Shown piece by piece: positions 1-8,505 of a DNA stretch of 56,351 nt. A program made the translations under genes and the position numbers. Source of the DNA: a virus (Duplodnaviria; Caudoviricetes); the IMG/VR virus record IMGVR_UViG_3300012987_000010, positions 1 to 56,351 of that record; one strand, written 5' to 3'. The notes under the pieces are model-generated. The model made no database searches, had not been told where the DNA came from, and saw only the letters and a program-made list of their open reading frames with translations. Position 1 is the stretch's first letter. Every line of letters begins with the position of its first letter.

Positions 1-123
1 ACCTGATCTTCCCCGGTATCGTGCGCGCCGCCGGCGGCGAGGGGCCGACGCCTCCGCAGCAGCCGGTGGTCTCCCTCGCCCAGGTGGTCGCCGCCGCGCA
101 ATCGAACCCGCAGGCGGCCGGTA
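1..123. repeat. 123-bp terminal direct repeat, identical to 56229-56351 (circular assembly overlap)
   Basis: acctgatcttcccc...gcggccggta occurs at both ends; joining the ends restores one continuous endolysin frame. Confidence 0.95.
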
Positions 124-347
124 CACCGGTCACCTACTTCTCGGTGATCTACGTGGAACGCGCACTGGTCGCGGAGGGCTTGCTTCTCGCCGGTCGGGCG
201 GACGGCCACTACGGCACCTCCACGGTCACGGCGTACGCGGCCTGGCAGCGGCGTCTGGGTTACTCGGGGTCGGACGCCGACGGGATCCCCGGCATGGCGT
301 CGCTGTCCCGCCTGGGTTCGCTCCACGGCTTCGGAGTGTCCCGGTGA
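1..347 (+). CDS. Endolysin C-terminal peptidoglycan-binding domain (3' part of the gene starting at 55739)
   Basis: ADGHYGTSTVTAYAAWQRRLG and ADGIPGMASL are PG-binding-1-like motifs. Confidence 0.85.
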   Translation, partial: LIFPGIVRAAGGEGPTPPQQPVVSLAQVVAAAQSNPQAAGTPVTYFSVIYVERALVAEGLLLAGRADGHYGTSTVTAYAAWQRRLGYSGSDADGIPGMASLSRLGSLHGFGVSR

Positions 348-589
348 AGGCGTTCGTCCTGGCCGCCGGGGAACGCGCGGTGGGAGCCTTCTCGGGAGTC
401 CTGTCGAGCGCCCTGATGGCGGACGGAGCGGACGTGTTCCATGTCGGCTGGAAGGCCGCCCTCGGCACGTCGATCGGAGCGGCGCTGCTGTCCGTCCTGG
501 CGTCGTTGACCAAGAGGCCGGTCGGTCCCGAGGGACCGGGCCTCACGGAGACCACGGCCGGAACGGGTCGTCGAAGAAGGCCCGAGTGA
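344..589 (+). CDS. Holin (r1t-like)
   Basis: 81 aa with two hydrophobic segments and an ERA...F / W...LLSVL pattern; overlaps the endolysin stop. Confidence 0.75.
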   Translation: MKAFVLAAGERAVGAFSGVLSSALMADGADVFHVGWKAALGTSIGAALLSVLASLTKRPVGPEGPGLTETTAGTGRRRRPE

Positions 590-825
590 CGTCGGCCCAG
601 GTCCCGGAGGGATCCGTGATCGTCACCCCGGCGGAGGTGTGGCAGGAAGTGCGTGCCACACGCGACGCGGTTCGGGATCTGGCCCACAAGATGGACGACA
701 TCCCGGCACAGCTCCGCGACCAGGAGACCCGGTTGCGCGAGGTGGAGCGCCGCATGTGGTCGGCCATGGGAGTGATCGCATTCCTGATCGTCGCGGCCAC
801 GGTGGCGGTCTCCCTGGTTCCCTGA
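586..825 (+). CDS. Coiled-coil protein with C-terminal TM helix (lysis-cassette accessory)
   Basis: 79 aa; QETRLREVERR coil followed by a hydrophobic tail; translationally coupled to the holin. Confidence 0.6.
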   Translation: MTSAQVPEGSVIVTPAEVWQEVRATRDAVRDLAHKMDDIPAQLRDQETRLREVERRMWSAMGVIAFLIVAATVAVSLVP

Positions 826-830
826 TGACG

Positions 831-866
831 GTCGACCCCGGGTCCGGCACGGGACCCGGGGTCGAC
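831..866. terminator. Bidirectional hairpin terminator between convergent lysis and replication operons
   Basis: gtcgaccccgggtcc / ggacccggggtcgac inverted repeat. Confidence 0.75.
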
Positions 867-1064
867 TCACCAGCCTCGGGGCGGATCGGGGAGGAGCATC
901 TCCTCCGTCATCAGTCCCGCCCTGGTGAGTTCGTCGATGACGTGGTCTCGGACCCCCTCGGACGCGTTCGACCCCAGGCTGTTCCGGTGCCGGCGATACG
1001 CCTTCCACAGGCGATCGGTCATCCGAACCGAGTGTTGCTTCGTGTTGTTGTGGTTGTAGTCCAT
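867..1064 (-). CDS. Ribbon-helix-helix DNA-binding protein (65 aa)
   Basis: TKQHSVRMTDRLWKAY...SNASEGVRDHV fits the RHH strand-helix-helix pattern; GGAGGGG RBS upstream. Confidence 0.6.
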   Translation of the reverse strand: MDYNHNNTKQHSVRMTDRLWKAYRRHRNSLGSNASEGVRDHVIDELTRAGLMTEEMLLPDPPRGW

Positions 1065-1116
1065 CACCCCTCCATGGTCACGACAGACCACCAGGGTAAC
1101 AGGACTGTCTAGACAG

Positions 1117-1344
1117 CTAGTCGTTCTCCGGGTGGCTCTCGAACTCTTCCCACACCAGGGGCGCCCGGTCCACGCGGTAGTGGAGCAGGGTCCGACTCGG
1201 ACTCCTTCGGACGGAGTCCGCCATACGCCTCGCCGCCCCGGTCGCGGCACCCTTGGTCAGCATGGGCCGGTCGGCCTTCTCGAACGTCTCTCCGGACACC
1301 TCCCTGACCTTGATCACACCGCGCCACATGTATCCGTCGGTCAT
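1117..1344 (-). CDS. Hypothetical protein (75 aa)
   Basis: MTDGYMW...; GAGGAGG RBS; coupled to the upstream ORF. Confidence 0.6.
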   Translation of the reverse strand: MTDGYMWRGVIKVREVSGETFEKADRPMLTKGAATGAARRMADSVRRSPSRTLLHYRVDRAPLVWEEFESHPEND

Positions 1345-1511
1345 CGGTCCTCCTCTTCCTTCCGGTCGGCCGCTTCGCGCTGCCGCGTCACCTCGGTGAA
1401 GCACGGTCCGCAGATGTCCTCGTCGAACTCGCATCGACACACGTCCATGCACGGGACGACCCGCGTACGGACGTCGTTCCTCACCTGCTTGCAGGTTTCA
1501 CACTTCCTCAT
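1341..1511 (-). CDS. Small Cys-rich protein (56 aa), probably on a leaderless mRNA
   Basis: MRKCETCKQ...CMDVCRCEF...CGPC; the ATG lies 6 nt after the -10 box of a TTGACA-N18-TAGTGT promoter. Confidence 0.55.
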   Translation of the reverse strand: MRKCETCKQVRNDVRTRVVPCMDVCRCEFDEDICGPCFTEVTRQREAADRKEEEDR

Positions 1512-1565
1512 GTCACGACACTAACCGGGGGACCGGGGGCCTGTCAACACCCCGGTCCCCTGAGG

Positions 1566-4500
1566 TCACTTCTCGTAGCACGCCGCCCAGTTCGACCCGG
1601 CGGCGGAGCGACCACACGAGATCTGTACCGGGCGCGCCGCGCCGGGCGGAGCCCAGGCGAAGGTCATCGCCGCCATGATCCGCTCCGCGTACTCGTCCGC
1701 CCGGTCGGCGGGGATCGAGCACACGATCTCGTCGTGGACGGTGAACAGGATGGTGCTCCGAACCTCCGGGTCCATGGCGAGGATCGCCTCCACCATCAGG
1801 TCCCGGGTGGTCCCCTGGCCCATCAGCGCCGGACCCTGGGTCCACCCGCGCCCGATCTCCGGCCGCATCATCCGGCCGAAGCCGTTGTCCAGAAGAGCCC
1901 CCGTGTCGGCACGCTCGCGCACCTCCGAACGCCACCGGTTGCGGTCCGGGTACGCCTCCGCCACGGCCTCCAAGTACCGGCGCGCGTGGGCGGAGGCGTC
2001 CTCTTCGGTCATGCCCGTGGCGCCCATGATCAGCTTGGCCAGTCCGGCCAGGCCCATGCCGTAGTTCTCGCCGTGTCCGGCCTTCTTGGCCACCTCCCGA
2101 TACGAGGCGTCCCCGAACACGGCGATCGCGTTCGCCGTGTGGAAGTCGGTGTCACCCTCGAACAGATCCATGTACGCCGTGTCCTGGCAGTGCGCCGCGA
2201 CCGCTCGCGCGTCGATCTGGTCGAAGTCGAACGCGATCATCACGTGACCCTCCTCCGGCAGGAAGATCCCCCGCTCGCGCACCTTGCCCCCGTGCTTGCC
2301 GAACACGGTGAGCCCCGGCCGGGTGATGGACAGTCGTCCGGACGCCTGCTCCGGCGACATGACCGGGTGGACCCGGTCGCCCACCAGGTGCTTGGCGACG
2401 GTGGCGTACACGACGCGCGCGCCGTTGGCCGTGCACATCAGGTCCAGGGCTCGGCGCAGATCCTCGGGGCACCGCTCGTGCTCCATGACCCGGGTCAACG
2501 CGTCGACCTTCGTGGACAGTCGACCCTTGGGGGTGCGCGGAGGGTTGGTCACACCGAACAGTTGCCACAGGTTGCCCAACCACTCGACCCCTTCGGCCGT
2601 GGCCAGGGGCGCCGTGAACGTGACCTGTTCGTCGGGCTTCCGCTTGAAGGTGCGGACGCGGGACAGGGGGAGGCCGTACTCCGCGTTCAGGGTGTCCAGC
2701 GCGGTGATCTTCTGCACCTCCTCCTCCTCCGCCCGCAGGGACAGAAGGTCGGTGTCCACCCGCACACCCCGCAGGGTCATCGATCCGCAGGCCGTGAGGA
2801 ACCGGTGTTCCCGGCGGGTGTAGTCGGTCTGTCCGAACATCGGGGCCAGGTCGCGGGAGAGCCTGACGTCCTGCTCCAGGTAGGCGACGTAGCGCGGGTC
2901 GTCCACGGGGATCAGGTGGTATCCGCCGAACTCCGCCTTCAGTGCCTTCAGATCGCCACCCTTGCCGGCGCCCAGGACGCGTTCGCCCAGGGAGTCCAGG
3001 TCGTAGTGGGTCGCGCCGTTGCCGTGTTTGGCCGACGGGGGGTCGGCCTGACGCGCCACGATCAGCGCGTCGTGGGCCTTGGCCGCGAGTCGCTCGTACA
3101 GCTCCACCGGGTCGGCGTCGCCGTGATGGTGGAGCGCCAGGGCGGGGAGGTCGTACCCGAGGATCCGGTGACCGGTGATCGTGTCGGCCGCCTCCAGGAC
3201 CGACAGAAGCTCCGCCGGGTCGGTCGTGGTCACCGGCTCTCCACCGTCCACGGCGTACCCGCACAGACGCGCGAACGGCCCGCGATCGGCCGTCCAGGCG
3301 AACAACTCGTCGGCGTCCGGCGTCTCGATGTCGAACGCCACCAGAGCGGGCGCCGGAACGTCTTGATCCGTCGGGTCGGTCGGGGGGGTCGGCATGGGCT
3401 CCGGATCGTCCGGCGGGACGTCCGGAGTGTCCGGCGAAGTGTCCGGACCGGACGCTCCGGACACCGGACCGAAGGGGTCCTCCGGCTCCGCCGGCGGGGG
3501 ATCCTCATTGCCGAACCGGAGGCCTACGTACGCCATGTACCGGTCCGAGTCGGGCCGACCGTGGCGACCCCTGGGCCGGCTCAGCGTGGAGGCCGACTCC
3601 CCGGCGTAGACCCGGCGCTTGATCAGCCGCGTCCCGATCTCCGGGTGTCCCAGCAACCGGTTGGCCAGGGTCTTGTCCGACCAGGCCCCGTGACCCAGGG
3701 CCTTCAGGTAATCATTGAATTCGGTCAACAGCTCCTGGGACATGACGTGGTGCTCGGGGTCCACGGTCAGGCTCTCCTGGGCGAACCCGAACAGGACGTC
3801 GTTCGCCTCGCGCCAGGCCCGGGTGTCCCGGTTCACGGAGGCGGGCGCCGGGGGCATGATCCGGTCCAGGGCGTACCACCGGCGCGCCCCTTCGACGAGC
3901 CACGCCAGGACGGCCGTGTGGACGGCCGGATCGGTCTTGACCCGTTGCCTCAACGTCGGGTCGCCGTACGCGTCTCCGGGTCCCTCCAACTCCTTGTCCT
4001 CCGCGAGGTACCTCATGGGAAACGTGAGCTGGAGCAGGCGCCGCCAGGTGCCGTGGTCGGTCTCCGTGACCGACGGCCGGTAGTTGGTGTTGACGATCAG
4101 AGTCGACTGGTTGGGGAAGGTGACGAAGTCGCACCGCATGTAGCGGCCGGTGATGAAGCTTGTCCCCACGGTCGTCTTGAGCGCCGTCACGTTCAGGTGC
4201 TTGTCGTCGGGCAGCTCCTCCACCAGGGCGAGCCGCGTCCCCATCAGGGTCATCAGGTCGGTGGGGTGGTCGTCCGGCCGACCCAGCAGGAGCTTCTGGG
4301 GGACGTAGGACACGTAGCTCCCCACGGCCAGCATGACCGCGTCCATGATCGTGGATTTGCCGTTGGAGCCTCCGCCGTGCATCAGCAACATCACGTCGTC
4401 CGGGGTCATGTGGCCGGTGATCGCCTGCCCCAGGCGCAGCTGGAACCAGTCGCGGACGGACGGGTCGGGCAGCGCTTCGAGCGCCGTGTCCCAGTCGGGG

Positions 4501-5795
4501 TGCGTGGCGCCGGCCACGTAGGGGACGGACGTCGACCGGGTCACCCGTACCTTCGGGTCCGGTGGGGAGAGCCGACCGGTGCGCAGATCCACCGCCCCGG
4601 CCGGGGTGTTGAGGATGTCCGGGTCACCGTCGAAGGTCGTGGGGTCGACCAGGATCTCCGGGTACCCGGACGCCGCCTCCCGGGTGGAGTTGACCTTGCT
4701 GTTGTTCTTGACCACCCGGTACACGTTGACCTCGTCCAGACCGGCCTTCGTGGCGAGGCGACCGGACGTGTGGAGGTCGGTCACCCGGTCGTTGCACCAC
4801 TCCTCCAGCCAGGTCCGGATCTCATGGGTCACCTCCGTCTCCGCGTTGCCGTGCCGCTCCCACAGGTGGCCGTCCCAGGCCATCCATCCCATGGCGCCGG
4901 ACCAGACGTACCTATCGGTCAACAGCCGCTCCACGACCTCCGCCGACAACACCTTGTCGGTCACCAGGTCGGCGGCGGCCGACAGGGCGCGGCTCGCCTC
5001 GGTACGGGTGACGGCCGCCGACTCCGGGATGTCGGTCGTGAGCGTGGCCTCCAGGTCGGCCCTGGTGAATCCGGCCGCCAGGTGGTCGTCCACGCCCTTG
5101 CACTCGGTACCGTCCACGTCGCCGGGAAGGACGGCGATCGCCACGTCGGCACCTTTGGTGTCCCGTAGCCACAGGGCGAACCGCTCCTGGGCCTTGGCCA
5201 CCTCCGGCTTCACGGCCGCGTCCGCGTCGAATACGATCCGGACCTTCCTCCCCTTGACCGGGATCGACTCCCAGTCGGGTTGCGCGGCGCCGGCGGTCTT
5301 CCAGTTCCACACCCCGGCCAGGGACACGGCGCACAGGCCCAGGCCGGTGAGCGCGTCACCCTTCTTGATCCCCTCGGTGATCCACACCGGGACGGCCGGA
5401 TCCTTGATCGCCCCCAGGTTGCGGGGATGGACGTCCAGCGGCGGCGTCCGGCCCACGGGCTGGTCGTACTTGATCGACTTGACCTGACCCTTGTGATCGC
5501 CCGCCTCGCGCGGGACGTCCCACCGAACCTGGCCGGAGACGCGCAATCCCTCCGGGTTGAACGCCGGGACGAACAGCCCCGGGGACACGGCCAGGTGTTC
5601 GCGTGCGCCCCTGGTGAATCGCTCCCCCTCCAGGAGGGCGGCGTGCCCGGCGTCGGCCCGACACAGGGACGCGTAGCCACGCTCGATCACCACCAGGGGG
5701 TCGAGACCCCCGGCCGTCAGTGCCGCGTAGTGCTCGGGCGAGAGTGGGGGGAGTTCCGGTTCGTCGCTCCGGGCGACGGCCGTTGAGTCGGTCAC
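1566..5795 (-). CDS. Fused Toprim (DUF3854-like) primase / D5-P4-type SF3 helicase / 3'-5' exonuclease / family A DNA polymerase (1409 aa)
   Basis: Toprim WITEGIKKGDAL, IVFDAD, KGVDD; SF3 Walker A GGGSNGKST, Walker B ALVEE, motif C NTN; exonuclease FDIET, GHRILGYDL, YLEQDV; PolA motif A DFDQIDAR, motif B REVAKKAGHGENYG, motif C TVHDEIV. Confidence 0.9.
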   Translation of the reverse strand: MTDSTAVARSDEPELPPLSPEHYAALTAGGLDPLVVIERGYASLCRADAGHAALLEGERFTRGAREHLAVSPGLFVPAFNPEGLRVSGQVRWDVPREAGDHKGQVKSIKYDQPVGRTPPLDVHPRNLGAIKDPAVPVWITEGIKKGDALTGLGLCAVSLAGVWNWKTAGAAQPDWESIPVKGRKVRIVFDADAAVKPEVAKAQERFALWLRDTKGADVAIAVLPGDVDGTECKGVDDHLAAGFTRADLEATLTTDIPESAAVTRTEASRALSAAADLVTDKVLSAEVVERLLTDRYVWSGAMGWMAWDGHLWERHGNAETEVTHEIRTWLEEWCNDRVTDLHTSGRLATKAGLDEVNVYRVVKNNSKVNSTREAASGYPEILVDPTTFDGDPDILNTPAGAVDLRTGRLSPPDPKVRVTRSTSVPYVAGATHPDWDTALEALPDPSVRDWFQLRLGQAITGHMTPDDVMLLMHGGGSNGKSTIMDAVMLAVGSYVSYVPQKLLLGRPDDHPTDLMTLMGTRLALVEELPDDKHLNVTALKTTVGTSFITGRYMRCDFVTFPNQSTLIVNTNYRPSVTETDHGTWRRLLQLTFPMRYLAEDKELEGPGDAYGDPTLRQRVKTDPAVHTAVLAWLVEGARRWYALDRIMPPAPASVNRDTRAWREANDVLFGFAQESLTVDPEHHVMSQELLTEFNDYLKALGHGAWSDKTLANRLLGHPEIGTRLIKRRVYAGESASTLSRPRGRHGRPDSDRYMAYVGLRFGNEDPPPAEPEDPFGPVSGASGPDTSPDTPDVPPDDPEPMPTPPTDPTDQDVPAPALVAFDIETPDADELFAWTADRGPFARLCGYAVDGGEPVTTTDPAELLSVLEAADTITGHRILGYDLPALALHHHGDADPVELYERLAAKAHDALIVARQADPPSAKHGNGATHYDLDSLGERVLGAGKGGDLKALKAEFGGYHLIPVDDPRYVAYLEQDVRLSRDLAPMFGQTDYTRREHRFLTACGSMTLRGVRVDTDLLSLRAEEEEVQKITALDTLNAEYGLPLSRVRTFKRKPDEQVTFTAPLATAEGVEWLGNLWQLFGVTNPPRTPKGRLSTKVDALTRVMEHERCPEDLRRALDLMCTANGARVVYATVAKHLVGDRVHPVMSPEQASGRLSITRPGLTVFGKHGGKVRERGIFLPEEGHVMIAFDFDQIDARAVAAHCQDTAYMDLFEGDTDFHTANAIAVFGDASYREVAKKAGHGENYGMGLAGLAKLIMGATGMTEEDASAHARRYLEAVAEAYPDRNRWRSEVRERADTGALLDNGFGRMMRPEIGRGWTQGPALMGQGTTRDLMVEAILAMDPEVRSTILFTVHDEIVCSIPADRADEYAERIMAAMTFAWAPPGAARPVQISCGRSAAGSNWAACYEK

Positions 5796-5917
5796 GTTGT
5801 GTTCCCTCTCCTGGGTGTGGTCGGCAGGGATCCGGCACGGGCGAACGAGCCTCGGGCGCGGGACGAGAGGCGATACAAGCTTTGGTACAAAAACCCTGAC
5901 CTGCGGTTTTGCATTCG

Positions 5918-6001
5918 TAGCCAGGGTAGACAGGGTCTCCAGTTGACCAGGGACTCCCGTAAGAGTAGCCGGTCAACTGGAGACCCTGTCTACCCTGGCT
6001 A
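5918..6001. repeat. 31-bp perfect inverted repeat with 22-nt spacer (copy 1; candidate origin)
   Basis: tagccagggtagacagggtctccagttgacc (5918-5948) / ggtcaactggagaccctgtctaccctggcta (5971-6001). Confidence 0.9.
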
Positions 6002-6060
6002 AGTAACGATCACCTGACTCTGAGTCATTGTCGACAGTTACACCAGGTAATCGAATCAGG

Positions 6061-6099
6061 TGTTGACAGACTCGCGTTTCGCCGCCTAGTGTCCAGACA
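6061..6099 (+). promoter_or_regulatory. Housekeeping-sigma-type promoter with overlapping TGTC-NN-GACA palindrome
   Basis: TTGACA...TAGTGT; TGTCCAGACA at 6090-6099. Confidence 0.7.
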
Positions 6100-6121
6100 G
6101 CCGAACTCAAAGGAGCACAGG

Positions 6122-7747
6122 ATGACCGGTATGGAACTCAGGCCCTATCAGACCGAAGTGATCTCCGCCCTAAAGGAGGCCTGGACCGAAGGGGTCCGCC
6201 GCCCGGCGGCCGTCGCGGCCACCGGAGCGGGCAAGACCGTGATGTTCTCCCACCTGATCGAGGGGTGGCACCGGGCCAACCCCGGCCGCCGTGCCGTCGT
6301 CCTGGTCCATCGGGAGGAGTTGGCGGAGCAGACCGTGGACAAGCTCCACCGGACCGCCCCCGATCTGACGACGGGTGTGGTCAAGGCGAAGCGCGACGAG
6401 ACGGACGCCGTGGTGGTGGTCGCCTCCGTCCAGACGCTCATGCGCCCCGGTCGCGTGGAACGGATCCGCGACGTCGGCCTGGTGATCGTGGACGAGTGTC
6501 ACCACTACGCCGCCGACGCGTGGCGCCGGGTCATGGAAAGGCTGGGATGCTTCGAGGATCACGGCCCCCTGGTGGCCGGCTTCACCGCGACCATGGTCCG
6601 GTCCGACGAACGCAAGCTGTCGGCCGTGTGGGACGACGTGGTGGCGGAGGTCGACATCCTGACCCTGATTCGGGCCGGCTACCTGTGCGACGTCCGGGCC
6701 AAGGCGATCGAAGTCGACGGTCTGGACCTGGCGAGCGTGGCCCGGCGCGGCGGCGACTTCGCCGACGGGTCGCTGTCGGACGCGTTGCTCGGCTCGAACG
6801 CCAACGTCGGGATCGTTAAGGCATACGCGGAACACGGCGAGGAACGGCAGACCATCCTGTTCGCCCCCACCGTGGCGTTCGCCAGGGCGTGCGCGGAGGC
6901 CTTCGATTCGGCCGGTGTTCGGGCCGCCGTGGTCAGTGCCGCGACCGACAGTCGGGAGCGGGCGGCGATCTACGCCGCCTACCGGGCGGGGCGTATCCGG
7001 GTCCTGGCCAACTGTGGTGTGCTGACCGAAGGGTTCGACATGCCTCAGGCGTCGTGCCTCATCGGTGCCCGGCCCACCCAGGCGCCCGGTCTGTACATCC
7101 AGATGGTCGGCCGGGTTCTGCGGACCTTCCCCGGCAAGCCGGACGCCCTGGTCCTGGACGTCGTGGGCAACTCCGAGACCATGAACCTGGTCGGCCTCGT
7201 CGACCTGTCTCCGGAGCTGGCCCGACCGGAGGACGGGGAATCCCTCCTGGAGGCCCTGGACCGGGTTCAGAAGGCCGCGCGTCGACGTGGCGGGAACATC
7301 CCCCTGGAGCTGATGACGGCGCGCCAGGTGGACCTGTTCGACCGTTCCTCCGGCGCGTGGAAGCAGACCCACAAGGGAGTGTGGTTCCTGCCGACCGTGG
7401 CGCACACCTACGTCCTGTGGCCGTACGGGGAGACCTTCCGGGTGCTGAGCTACAACAACCAGGGCTCCAAGCAAACTTCGATCCTGCACTCCGATCTGAC
7501 CATGAGTGCCGCCATGGCGGCGGCGGAGGAGGCAGCCATGGACGACGAGGAGTCGTTCATGGAGTCGTTCTCGGTTGCCTCGCGTCACGCCCCTTGGCGT
7601 CGGCGACCGGCGTCGGCGGCCACCCTGGCGTTCGCCCGGCGCCTGGAGATCTGCGTGGACGACTCCATGAAGGGCGGCGAGGTGTCCGACCTGATCGCCG
7701 TGGAGCTTGCCTCCCGATACATCGACCCCAAGGTGAAGGAGTTGTAA
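6122..7747 (+). CDS. SF2 (DEAD/DEAH-like) DNA helicase
   Basis: LRPYQ, ATGAGKT, VIVDECHH, GFTAT, LTEGFDMP, QMVGRVLR; AAGGAG RBS before ATG 6122. Confidence 0.9.
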   Translation: MTGMELRPYQTEVISALKEAWTEGVRRPAAVAATGAGKTVMFSHLIEGWHRANPGRRAVVLVHREELAEQTVDKLHRTAPDLTTGVVKAKRDETDAVVVVASVQTLMRPGRVERIRDVGLVIVDECHHYAADAWRRVMERLGCFEDHGPLVAGFTATMVRSDERKLSAVWDDVVAEVDILTLIRAGYLCDVRAKAIEVDGLDLASVARRGGDFADGSLSDALLGSNANVGIVKAYAEHGEERQTILFAPTVAFARACAEAFDSAGVRAAVVSAATDSRERAAIYAAYRAGRIRVLANCGVLTEGFDMPQASCLIGARPTQAPGLYIQMVGRVLRTFPGKPDALVLDVVGNSETMNLVGLVDLSPELARPEDGESLLEALDRVQKAARRRGGNIPLELMTARQVDLFDRSSGAWKQTHKGVWFLPTVAHTYVLWPYGETFRVLSYNNQGSKQTSILHSDLTMSAAMAAAEEAAMDDEESFMESFSVASRHAPWRRRPASAATLAFARRLEICVDDSMKGGEVSDLIAVELASRYIDPKVKEL

Positions 7748-8223
7748 TGACCCAACGAAGGTGCGGAGTCCGTACGGAGGCGAAGTGGAAGGTGGAGATT
7801 ACCGGGGACGCCGTGAATATGGACCCGGACAACGTGACGATCGTTCCGGAGGACGACCCCTTCGGTCTTGCCGTCAAGGTGTGGAACGTGGCGGTCGTCT
7901 GGCACCTGGATTCCCGGGGCCCGGTGCCGTGGTCCCGGGATCTTCGGTGGTCCTGGAACCCCGAACCACGGGTGACCCTGTGGCGGAACTACGTGGACGC
8001 CGATGGCCACTACACCGACCCCGACCCGAACGGACCCGGTATCGCCTCCGAGACGATCGACTGGTCGTCCCACACGGCGCCGGCCTGGGTGCGTCGGTTG
8101 GTGGAGGAACGGGCGGTCGGGCCGACCGGTGAACGAGCCGTTCTGCCACATCCGCCGGCACCGCCGACCCAGGTGTGCGTCCACTCCGAATGCCCTGCCC
8201 ACGGTGGAGGCGATGATGTCTGA
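7747..8223 (+). CDS. Hypothetical protein (158 aa)
   Basis: TAATG coupling to the helicase; coding-like composition. Confidence 0.6.
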   Translation: MTQRRCGVRTEAKWKVEITGDAVNMDPDNVTIVPEDDPFGLAVKVWNVAVVWHLDSRGPVPWSRDLRWSWNPEPRVTLWRNYVDADGHYTDPDPNGPGIASETIDWSSHTAPAWVRRLVEERAVGPTGERAVLPHPPAPPTQVCVHSECPAHGGGDDV

Positions 8224-8431
8224 CCCGCCGCTGCGGTGCACGGTGGACGTGCATCGACCGGAGGACGACGTTCACCCGGTGAACCTGGTACACGACCCAT
8301 ACGCCCTGCCGGACGACCAGCCGTTCGCTGCCTGCACCGAGTGCCATCGGTTCCTGGTGGCCGAAGCCCAGGACTACGCGCGGACCCTTCACCAATTGTG
8401 GTGGGACTCGTACCCGACCGATCTCTGGTGA
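8213..8431 (+). CDS. Hypothetical protein with CxxC (72 aa)
   Basis: GGAGG RBS; ACTECH. Confidence 0.5.
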   Translation: MMSDPPLRCTVDVHRPEDDVHPVNLVHDPYALPDDQPFAACTECHRFLVAEAQDYARTLHQLWWDSYPTDLW

Positions 8432-8505
8432 CCGAACAGCCCGGACCCTCATGAGGGTCCGGGCTGTTAGGCTGTCATGACACGACACCTGGGACAGGAG
8501 TACCG

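Noticed and set aside
1734-5168. 1144-aa + strand ORF
   Set aside because: Antisense shadow of the GC-rich replisome gene; no recognisable motifs
5918-6001. Palindrome as a protelomerase site or transposon end
   Set aside because: It has a 22-nt asymmetric spacer, and no protelomerase or transposase was recognised
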